Shown here: positions 49,138-57,288 of the stretch, in pieces | Layout of the letters: each line of letters begins with the position of its first letter | How positions within the stretch are numbered: position 1 is the stretch's first letter | IMG/VR virus record: IMGVR_UViG_3300036768_000388 | Span: 1-59,850 of that record | DNA length: 59,850 bases | DNA from: an uncultured virus (IMG/VR IMGVR_UViG_3300036768_000388) | Lineage: Duplodnaviria > Heunggongvirae > Uroviricota > Caudoviricetes | Reading direction: 5' to 3' (one strand) | The notes under the pieces: generated by a model | Database searches by the model: none | What the model was told of the DNA's origin: nothing | What the model saw: only the letters and a program-made list of their open reading frames with translations | Translations under genes and position numbers: made by a program

Positions 49138-49977
49138 TTAAACATAATCTATCAAGAATTTCTTCTGATAGTACCCTCTTGCAGCATCTTGTTGCTGTTG
49201 AATAATTTTCTCCAAGTCAGCTAAACGATTTTGTAAGAAAGCTGGACCTAGAGTTGAAGTACTTTGAGATGTACCATCAATACTTATACTAACCCCATTA
49301 TGAGGAAATAAGATTGGTCCCATAATAGATAACATCTTAAATGCTGCCATATTCTCTATTAAGCCTACAAGTAAAGCTGGAACCTTACCACCCTCAAATC
49401 CTGCTCTATATTCTACTAAGATTGCTCCAGGCCAAGTTGAAATTCCACCTGCACCCATTGAATGGTATGCAAAACCAGAATAAACGCTTGCTATAAATCC
49501 AGAAACAGTAACTCCCATTGCTGGAACTAACTGTATAGTTTGCTCTTGAGGTTGTGTATGTATATATTCTAATGGAATATCAATCAGTGGAAAAGATCCA
49601 GGGCTGTTTGGTACACCGTTATTAAAAGTAAGTTGAAACTTAGATACGTCTAATATTGGTCCATGATTAACTTTCATATAACCCCAACTCCACCATTGAA
49701 GTTGACCACTATAGTCATGTCTCTCTCTAAAAGTCACTGGACTAATATAAATATCTAACTGATGCTCAATCTCAGATATCGATTGGTCGATATATTGTTG
49801 AAGTGCTGCATCTGATACTTCTTCACCAGTAAGAAAAGATCTTAACGGCAGACCAAACAATACAGTCTGTCTTAAAGAAGCTGGAGTTGGAATAGGTAAA
49901 TATCTTGTAGGAGTAGATTCTTGGTCTATTTCGAACGCTGGAAATGGTGAGTGCGTTTGTGTTTTAGTAATACTCAT
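49138..49977 (-). CDS. head-tail connector / head completion protein
   Basis: E..LDI.I.P....E..DY, VEY.AG, SISIDG.SQS pattern of the gene that follows the capsid in A511/K-like myoviruses. Confidence 0.65.
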   Translation of the reverse strand: MSITKTQTHSPFPAFEIDQESTPTRYLPIPTPASLRQTVLFGLPLRSFLTGEEVSDAALQQYIDQSISEIEHQLDIYISPVTFRERHDYSGQLQWWSWGYMKVNHGPILDVSKFQLTFNNGVPNSPGSFPLIDIPLEYIHTQPQEQTIQLVPAMGVTVSGFIASVYSGFAYHSMGAGGISTWPGAILVEYRAGFEGGKVPALLVGLIENMAAFKMLSIMGPILFPHNGVSISIDGTSQSTSTLGPAFLQNRLADLEKIIQQQQDAARGYYQKKFLIDYV

Positions 49978-51686
49978 TATTCTTCATCTCCATCAAATTC
50001 TATATTTGGTGTTGCAGGCTGTACCGGTTTTGGCGTTCCCGCAGGTCTTCTTATTACACTTCTTGCAGAACTTATGCGCTGCAATCTTTCCATTCTATTT
50101 TGAGCTTCAGGGTGTTTTGAATTACTCATCATTGAATGAACATCTATCTTAGGTTGTTGAGGCATCTGCTTTTGAGAAGAAAACTTCTTTTGAGAAGAAA
50201 ACTTCTTTTGAGCTTGTCTAACTTCATGAGGTATTTGATCCATGTTTTTCATAGCAGTCATCTGCAATCCACGAATTTTATTTGCTGCGTGGGTTGCAAA
50301 ACTTGCTTTACTTGGATTATCATGATCGTAATCATTTATAGCTTGAATAAGGCCATGCATACCAGCTTCATGTAACATAGACATATCAATGTCTGGGTTT
50401 TTAGCTGGATCAAGCCCAAGTTTTTGTAAAGTCTTGTGAGCATTCATACCAATCAATGGGTGGTAATGTTCAAAAAACTTTTCAAACTTAGGGTCTTTTT
50501 GAGGACCTTCTCCTAAGATTCGACTAATATCTCTTTTAGAACCTTCATCATAGTTCATCATGTCATCGATATTGCCAACTTTCTTAGCTTTGTTATTATA
50601 ATCTTTAGCATACTGTTGGATAAAGTCTTTGTTACCCATAGCAAAAGAAGAAGCAGGATCTTGTTTGGTAGTTGCTTGAGTTCCTTCTTCACCTTTAGTT
50701 CCGCCAGCATGTTGCATACCCTCTTCTAAAGAGTATCCTTCACCACCATGGTCACCACCAGCAATAACATTTCTTATCTGTGCATCTTTAGCAGCAGCAT
50801 GAATATCTTTAGCAGATTTACCTTTTTGGTGAGCTTCATGGTGTGCCATAACAGCATTTTGCAAATGCTCTGGATTTTTAGATGACCATTCTTTTTCAAA
50901 ATTCTCATCCATCTCCATTTGAGATATTGGGTCTGCATTCTTATATTTATCTGAAGAAGTTAATGCTTTGTATGCAGAATTTCTATCTGCATGAGCTTGA
51001 TTTCTTGCCTCAACAATGTGACCATGTCTAGCTAACTGTGGATTTTTAGAAGGATCTGCTTTTAGGGCAGCAGTTTCACGAGCTCTTTGCTCCCAAGGTC
51101 TAGTATATGCACGCATAGCCATGAGGTCTTCACGGCTAGGCTGCATGAATCTGCTTTTCTTACCAGTTACTTCTTCTTTGGGTTCTTTTTGTACTTGCGC
51201 TTTAGGGGTAACACTTTTGCCTTGTGCTCCTGCTGCAGCTGGCTCTTCACCATCTTCTTCGGATCCGAATCCGCCGCCATCATCTTCTCCCATGCTGCCA
51301 TAATCTTCTCCAATACTTGCTTGATGAGCATCTTCATCTTCATCATCACTGTATTCCTCATAATCTTCTCCTCGTCCATAAGTTGGATCATTTTCTTTTA
51401 ACCAAGCGTCGCCTTCAGATTCTTCTTGATCTGGGTCAAACTCTCTATATCCTTCACCATATTCATCGTCTTCTTGATCGCTTGCATACGGATCTTCATT
51501 AGGATCATATTCGTCACTAAGTTTTTTAGCTTTTTCAAGCTCTTCAGATTTAGTCATTTTTTGATAAATATAATTAGTTAATGCCCAGAATTTATCTCCA
51601 TCTGATTCAGATAAAGATTTTCCAGCAGCATCTTTTGCTTTTTGCCATCTAGCTTCGTCAGCTTTTGTTCTAATAAATGCAGGCAT
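49977..51686 (-). CDS. head-module protein with a C-terminal FliA/sigma-28-like region 2 domain
   Basis: HYHPLI...AH, L.EAGMHGLIQAINDYD, SFATHA..KIRG, MDQIP.EVR at about 50205-50490. Confidence 0.72.
   Translation of the reverse strand: MPAFIRTKADEARWQKAKDAAGKSLSESDGDKFWALTNYIYQKMTKSEELEKAKKLSDEYDPNEDPYASDQEDDEYGEGYREFDPDQEESEGDAWLKENDPTYGRGEDYEEYSDDEDEDAHQASIGEDYGSMGEDDGGGFGSEEDGEEPAAAGAQGKSVTPKAQVQKEPKEEVTGKKSRFMQPSREDLMAMRAYTRPWEQRARETAALKADPSKNPQLARHGHIVEARNQAHADRNSAYKALTSSDKYKNADPISQMEMDENFEKEWSSKNPEHLQNAVMAHHEAHQKGKSAKDIHAAAKDAQIRNVIAGGDHGGEGYSLEEGMQHAGGTKGEEGTQATTKQDPASSFAMGNKDFIQQYAKDYNNKAKKVGNIDDMMNYDEGSKRDISRILGEGPQKDPKFEKFFEHYHPLIGMNAHKTLQKLGLDPAKNPDIDMSMLHEAGMHGLIQAINDYDHDNPSKASFATHAANKIRGLQMTAMKNMDQIPHEVRQAQKKFSSQKKFSSQKQMPQQPKIDVHSMMSNSKHPEAQNRMERLQRISSARSVIRRPAGTPKPVQPATPNIEFDGDEE
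50169..50212 (-). repeat. 18-bp tandem duplication (QKKFSS)
   Basis: read directly from the sequence. Confidence 0.85.
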
Positions 51687-52768
51687 TATTTATTACCTCC
51701 AAATTTAGCTCTTAATGCAGGTGGTAAATTATTTAAAGCGTCAGTACTTACACTTGACTGTGCTGGTGCAGGCTGTTCGTTTTTGTTCCCAAATTTTTGT
51801 TTCAATTCATCTGGTAAATGGTTAAATGATCCGCCCATTTTATGAGGTTGAGTTTTTAATTCAATGCCTTCATAGTGGTGACCTGGTTTAACTTTACCTC
51901 TTAACTTGAAACCCTCTGGATCCGCAGCATGTGCATCTTTAATGGACTGCATCCATTTAGCATTATGTTCAGAATTGTGCCAATTTGCCATCTTATCTGC
52001 AAAGTCTTTTAAATCATTCTCATCTAAAGAATCTTGCTTATATTCTGCAAAATCATGAATAGGGTGCTTATCGAATGGGTGAGGTACAAATTTGTCTTGT
52101 TTGCCTGGATCAGTTATATGTAAATAAGCTTCTTTGCTATCAATTTTAGCTGGATTACCTAATTGAATTTCTTCAAATGGATAACCACCTTTATGAGGTG
52201 ATCGCTTAGAGTCAGCATGCCCTTCATGTGGCGGCATTTCTAAATAATGATAATCAGGAACTGATCTAGGGTTTTTATCGCGTGGAGTAGAATTAAGTCT
52301 ACGTCTTAATCCCTTAGTACCTTCCTTTAACTTTCCAGTTTCAGGGCGTCTTTCTGTTGTTGTATAATTTGTTTCCCACGGCTCCAATGGTACATAATCT
52401 AACCCCAATTGTCCATTTGAATGGGCTCCAGCTCTCGCAGCAAGATGCATCATAGGGATGATTTTATTGAGATGTTGGTCTGCAACCTCTCTGTTGCCGT
52501 TTTTTAATGCAGCTTTATAATGAGAAATATGATGACCTAAGGCGTCACGCATCATTTCAATATCTTTATTTTTAAGTTGATTACCAAAGGCTGTAACTGC
52601 AGCATTAGCACTGCGACCCATTGTTGCTTGCGGTCTAGCCATTTTTTCTAATGACTCTAATACCTTCTCAGCAATAATTTCATCTTTAATAACCTCTATT
52701 AAAGATTGTAAATTTGGATTGTCGGCTGCCTTCTTTAGTAGCAACTCTTTGAAACTTTTAAGTTCCAT
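51686..52768 (-). CDS. putative internal head protein
   Basis: LLKKA and LEKM leader; operon position. Confidence 0.55.
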   Translation of the reverse strand: MELKSFKELLLKKAADNPNLQSLIEVIKDEIIAEKVLESLEKMARPQATMGRSANAAVTAFGNQLKNKDIEMMRDALGHHISHYKAALKNGNREVADQHLNKIIPMMHLAARAGAHSNGQLGLDYVPLEPWETNYTTTERRPETGKLKEGTKGLRRRLNSTPRDKNPRSVPDYHYLEMPPHEGHADSKRSPHKGGYPFEEIQLGNPAKIDSKEAYLHITDPGKQDKFVPHPFDKHPIHDFAEYKQDSLDENDLKDFADKMANWHNSEHNAKWMQSIKDAHAADPEGFKLRGKVKPGHHYEGIELKTQPHKMGGSFNHLPDELKQKFGNKNEQPAPAQSSVSTDALNNLPPALRAKFGGNK

Positions 52769-52778
52769 TAGTCACCTC

Positions 52779-53117
52779 TTACAAAGAACGAACGTTATCT
52801 CTAGCAACTTGAACCCAGGCAGCAGCTCCAGCAATAACGATAGTTGCAACATTACCTTGACGAACCACCACACCAGAAGACGAATCTACGTCAACTGGGA
52901 CACCACCACCAGCATTAAAAATAGCTATTTCTCCACTAGCCATAGTCATAGCTAAAGTACCATCTATAGTAACTGTAGTTGCTCCATTAGCTCTAACTCT
53001 GAATGTTTGGAATGGTTTTAATGTTAATGTACCTTGTTGGTTAGTGAGTTTCTCTTCCCATACATGACCAACATCTGCTTGGCGAGCCGCCTCATTAGCT
53101 AAATTACTTGAACGCAT
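52779..53117 (-). CDS. small putative virion protein
   Basis: own TATAAT 53147-53152 and AAGGAG RBS; beta-rich. Confidence 0.6.
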   Translation of the reverse strand: MRSSNLANEAARQADVGHVWEEKLTNQQGTLTLKPFQTFRVRANGATTVTIDGTLAMTMASGEIAIFNAGGGVPVDVDSSSGVVVRQGNVATIVIAGAAAWVQVARDNVRSL

Positions 53118-53186
53118 CTATGTCTCCTTAGATAGACTATAGAGACATTATACCTTGTTTATTACCTGAAAAATAAGTTCGGGTGG

Positions 53187-53741
53187 TTATGGCTTTCTAA
53201 AGATTTCAAAAAGTGACTTTTTAAGTCTATTTTTAGCAGAAATACCAAGTGGGGCTAACATATTCTCATATTTAATAACTTCGGCCCAGGCGTCTTCTTC
53301 TGAGGCCCAATCGTACTTCTCGTTGGCCTCTACCTCAATAAATCGCTTCTTTTCATTGAGATTCTCATCATAAACTACATAGTATACTAGAACAGCTTTT
53401 TCAAGGAGTGCAATCTTACAGGTCTTAAAGATAGAGAAATTCCTCTTATATCCTAATAACTCGCAAAAAGCATTTATAGAGTGGCCTGACTTCCCATCAG
53501 TTGGGACATTTACTTCTACACGATTATTATTATTGGTGTCTGATGTCTTACGCTTAATGGTGAGCTCACCCATATGGTCATGGTAACGATATCTGATAAA
53601 CTCACCTTTATCGTTAGTGAAGTAATCATCATAAGAGCTAACCATCATCCATTCTGGATTTAAAGGCTGGACAAGTTTAATAAAATCGTCCATACCAATA
53701 TTGTCAGCAAAGTACTTTGTTTCTAGCTCTTTAAAGTGCAT
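53187..53741 (-). CDS. CYTH (triphosphate tunnel) domain protein
   Basis: ELETK (ExExK), D.YF, R.R, LTIK, R.E, FIEVE. Confidence 0.8.
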   Translation of the reverse strand: MHFKELETKYFADNIGMDDFIKLVQPLNPEWMMVSSYDDYFTNDKGEFIRYRYHDHMGELTIKRKTSDTNNNNRVEVNVPTDGKSGHSINAFCELLGYKRNFSIFKTCKIALLEKAVLVYYVVYDENLNEKKRFIEVEANEKYDWASEEDAWAEVIKYENMLAPLGISAKNRLKKSLFEIFRKP

Positions 53742-53749
53742 AAAACTAC

Positions 53750-54592
53750 TTATTTAGGCGTAGGTATTTTAAGAGAATCGCGCTTCTCTTTAGAGAAAAG
53801 ATTCTCTCTATCTCTATGTTCTGCCCCACATTGTTTACATTTATATTTTTGATATTTACCAGTAGATGTGTAATAAAAACCATTTTTAAAAAATGAAGTG
53901 CTTCCACATTTACATACATGATCTTCATCATCGTGGTAAAGATTAAAGTTAATAGAATTGTCCCAAGGAATAAGTTTGTAGAATAGCTCTTCTAAAGCTA
54001 AAACGTCATGCTTATTGTATTGTTCCATTTCTTTCCATGCTTCAAGGTTGCCCTTTAAACATTGCGTCCACAATTCGTGGCCTGGAAATTTATTATGTTT
54101 TAATTTTTTATATTGAGTATTTAATTTGTCAGTCATATACTCTAGCTTATTAGATGTAAAGCCGAAGTGTTTAGATGCAATAACTTTTGTATCTATATGT
54201 TTATATCCGCTAGGTGGCTGAAAACCATTCATAATGAATCTAGCATTAAGCTTCTTTTTATCGAATTTAATACCGTTTTGTGTAACAACTATATCAGCCT
54301 GATCTAGTAGATTCCAAATATCTTTTAAGATAAGAGAGTCATCTTCGACATTCTTGGCATTCCTTTGATCTCTGTACATTACTTTATCTGGTCCGTCATG
54401 AAGCCATTTTGCACTCCAACTAAGAATATGCCAATCTTGAACAACTTGATTTAAAGCAACATTGTTTTCCCACAATCCCCATACGTGCGCTAAGATCGGA
54501 GCTGTTTCTATATCAAATAGAAGCACTTTGGGACCTTTAACAGGTGCTAATTGTTGGACTGGCTGTTTCTTTGCTTTCTTTTTCTTTGCCAT
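53750..54592 (-). CDS. RNase H-like 3'-5' exonuclease (YprB-like) with a C-terminal Zn ribbon
   Basis: FDIET, QNG..FD, IDT, YN..DV, CKCG...CKQCG. Confidence 0.85.
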   Translation of the reverse strand: MAKKKKAKKQPVQQLAPVKGPKVLLFDIETAPILAHVWGLWENNVALNQVVQDWHILSWSAKWLHDGPDKVMYRDQRNAKNVEDDSLILKDIWNLLDQADIVVTQNGIKFDKKKLNARFIMNGFQPPSGYKHIDTKVIASKHFGFTSNKLEYMTDKLNTQYKKLKHNKFPGHELWTQCLKGNLEAWKEMEQYNKHDVLALEELFYKLIPWDNSINFNLYHDDEDHVCKCGSTSFFKNGFYYTSTGKYQKYKCKQCGAEHRDRENLFSKEKRDSLKIPTPK

Positions 54593-55278
54593 TATCTTTC
54601 CAATCCTAGAGCATTAAGAATTTCTGAATGAACTTGCTCTATATTTTTACCATCTACATTTACTCTAACAGTATTAAAACGATGAGACATATCTTCCATG
54701 TTTCTAGACACATTAGTTATAAAATCATTTCCTCTTGATTCCATTGCGTCACCCATTTCAAACTCTTGCTTAGTAGTTTTAGCTTTTGCTAATCCAGATA
54801 GAGCATTACCGCGAAGATATATTACCTTGTCGTAAATAAGCTCAGGTTTAAATGAGAATAAATCATGTCCTACATTAGCTGAATCATTAGCTGAATCTAC
54901 GTTTTGACATGCCATTGAATAAATATCTTGCCAAGAGTTCCCACACGCCATACCGTAAGCGTAACCACTCAATATACCTCTATCTTGAATAATAAAATCG
55001 TACTCTTTGAGGGCAGGAACAATAATTCGTTCAAGGTGGATAGAACGAATTGCTTGACTGATAAACTCTCTAGCTGTTTTAGTTAATACCGCATCATATT
55101 TATTATGAAGCATTATGTCTCTAAGTACCATTGTCAATGGTTCTAATGGAGTGCCAGGTTCTTTTGTTTGTAAAACACTATAACCTTTCGATCGTAAATA
55201 ATCCACTAATTTTTGTGTTTGCGTAGTTTTACCTACACCCTCAGTACCTTCTAAACAGATATATTTTGCCTTTTTCAT
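54592..55278 (-). CDS. tmk: thymidylate (dNMP) kinase
   Basis: EGTEGVGKTTQ, KEPG, DRG..S..AY; likely start ATG 55278. Confidence 0.93.
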   Translation of the reverse strand: MKKAKYICLEGTEGVGKTTQTQKLVDYLRSKGYSVLQTKEPGTPLEPLTMVLRDIMLHNKYDAVLTKTAREFISQAIRSIHLERIIVPALKEYDFIIQDRGILSGYAYGMACGNSWQDIYSMACQNVDSANDSANVGHDLFSFKPELIYDKVIYLRGNALSGLAKAKTTKQEFEMGDAMESRGNDFITNVSRNMEDMSHRFNTVRVNVDGKNIEQVHSEILNALGLER

Positions 55279-55299
55279 AGAGGCATTATACAAATATCG

Positions 55300-55851
55300 T
55301 TATATATGTTTCTTAAGCTCTCTAAAAAGAGATAGTAGGTTCTCAACACTTTTAGCCATGCGAGCTTTTTGTTGTTCTACAGCTGTTTTAATGTGCATTA
55401 GATTAGGGTGTTTACCTGCCATCACTTCTTGGTGATGAGTAAACAATGCAGCATGCGCATCAGGATTTTTATTCCACATCTCTTCAGTAACACCATAATG
55501 CTGACCATAAATAGGAGAATATTTGTATTTGATTTTTGGTTGAGCCTGTGGTTGAGCCTGTGGTTGAGCCTGTGGTTGAACCTGCGGTTGAGCCTGCGGT
55601 TGAGCCTGTACAGGCCGCATTTGTTGAACCTGTTGCGGTTGTTTAGTTTCTTTTACTTTTCTCTGTTTTGGTTGAGGACCATGGGTGATTGCTTTAATGT
55701 TAGCTAGTGCTTGTTGTTTCTGTTCTTCAGAAATGCTTTCATCGTGTAACATAGCAGCATTTCTAAGCAATGCTTTAATAGCACTATAATTAGGCTTTGC
55801 CTTCATTAACTCTTCATTACAGAATTGCTCTAGTTCATTATTATCAAACAT
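55300..55851 (-). CDS. Gln/Pro-rich putative internal head protein
   Basis: LMKA and MAKS sites flanking QAQP repeats. Confidence 0.6.
   Translation of the reverse strand: MFDNNELEQFCNEELMKAKPNYSAIKALLRNAAMLHDESISEEQKQQALANIKAITHGPQPKQRKVKETKQPQQVQQMRPVQAQPQAQPQVQPQAQPQAQPQAQPKIKYKYSPIYGQHYGVTEEMWNKNPDAHAALFTHHQEVMAGKHPNLMHIKTAVEQQKARMAKSVENLLSLFRELKKHI
55537..55609 (-). repeat. 12-bp tandem repeat, 6 copies (QAQP)
   Basis: CAGGCTCAACC(A/G) units. Confidence 0.9.
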
Positions 55852-55858
55852 AGTTTAA

Positions 55859-55990
55859 TTATACCAGATATCGTTCCAATAACTCTTCTTGAGCATCTCT
55901 GATAGAGATCTCTGCATTACGCAGAAGTATCTTGATGGCATGCCTGTTCACTGTTTTGGCTAATTCTTCGATCTCATGAAGCTCAATCAT
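55859..55990 (-). CDS. 43-aa ORF similar to the N-terminus of 55300-55851 (not in the ORF track)
   Basis: EELAKTVNRHAIKILLRNA versus EELMKAKPNYSAIKALLRNA; ATGA overlap with the HNH stop. Confidence 0.55.
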   Translation of the reverse strand: MIELHEIEELAKTVNRHAIKILLRNAEISIRDAQEELLERYLV

Positions 55991-57186
55991 GACTCTATCT
56001 TATCACGCTTAATATTTGCTTTTAAGAAGTCTAGGACTTCTTGTGAAGTGCCTTTAAAGTCAGCATCTTTAGCAATAGAAATTGCTCGCTTATGATAGCG
56101 CTCAGTATTGCTGTCTGGAGTTCCACCTCTGCTTCGCAGTCTGTCCTCAAGAACCTTTAAATCCTCTAAAATAACAATCAGTTTAATATTAAAAATAGAG
56201 CCATATCGTTTTTTAAAGGATGTTGCTTTTCGCCAGGGATCGTATAATATAGGCCTTTTATCGTCCTTCAACATCAAGTGAAGATGCTGTTCTTTAGGAA
56301 CATCGTCGTACGGGATGTAATCGAATAACTCTACTAGCTGCGTACACACCCAACTTTTTCCTATGCCGGGAGGACCTGTCACCAAGTAGAGATCTCTGTT
56401 GTTGTAGGCGTTGATTGAGTTAGCACCAATCCACTCATCAAACTGAGCTTTAGTGTTGTCGCCGTTTCCATACTTCGAATGGAAGGAATTTGGGCCGGTG
56501 TTGTGATGATACTTACATAAAAGTACACCATTATCAACATCGAATCTCTTATCGACTGCCCAATTGAAGCCATCTTTATGATGGGCTGTTAATTGGGCAC
56601 GTCTTCTTTCTAAGCATCCAGGGAATTGGCAGTGCTTGTCACGCTGGTAGACCGCCTTCTCCCAGTCTTTATAAATTTTAGAACAGCGTATGCGCAATGC
56701 CTCTTCTGTTGCCCATCCATCAAAATCTTGCTCTGAGATGCCTAGGTACGAGCGTGAGCTTTTAATGTATCGAGTCCGCTTCTCAGAAGCAGACAGTCCG
56801 TCCATATAGAGATATTGCTTTTGTGAAAGCAACTCCTTGTTCTGTGGCGTATGTGTTTTTCCCTTAAAAAGGGAACCGATTGTGCCAACTTTTGACCAAT
56901 GATTGTCGCGCATCTTCTGCTTAGTCTCTTCTGACTTTATTTTGCTCTGATTCTTCTTTGCTTCAATCATTTTAGAAGAGTTATGAAAGCATTTTAGGCA
57001 ACTTTTATTCTTGCGAGAAGACCGCAGCGAAATCTGTCGCTCAGCATTACAACTAGGGCAATTATCAATAACTTTGATATCTTTTTTAAGACCCGTGGAC
57101 TGGAACTCTTTATTAGAGCGTCTACTAAGTTTATTAGGGTCGAGGTCGTAACCAAAAACTTCTAGGGTGCGTTGACGATTAAACAT
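55987..57186 (-). mobile_element. free-standing HNH homing endonuclease with a C-terminal P-loop kinase domain
   Basis: Zn ribbon, NUMOD3-like KSEETKQKM and GKTHT, RD..CQ..GC..AHH..NGVLLC..HH, then GPPGIGKS. Confidence 0.82.
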
Positions 57187-57203
57187 AAAATCTCCGTATT
57201 TTT

Positions 57204-57209
57204 ATTATA
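57204..57209 (-). promoter_or_regulatory. -10 promoter of the HNH-kinase gene
   Basis: GTATAAT followed by GGAG RBS. Confidence 0.55.
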
Positions 57210-57231
57210 CTACGGGGCATTGTATGTTTAC

Positions 57232-57263
57232 AAATAAAAAAGGCCGGATCGCTCCGGCCTTTC
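57232..57263 (-). terminator. terminator of the major capsid gene
   Basis: AAAGGCCGGA-GCGA-TCCGGCCTTTTTT. Confidence 0.88.
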
Positions 57264-57288
57264 AATTAGTTAATTTTATTCAACTAAA

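Noticed and set aside
53790-53915. IS1 InsA-like Zn ribbon suggesting an insertion sequence
   Set aside because: It is the in-frame C-terminus of the exonuclease; no transposase or terminal repeats.
29434-55609. CRISPR array
   Set aside because: All tandem repeats are 8-18 bp, lack spacers and lie inside coding or pseudo-coding sequence.
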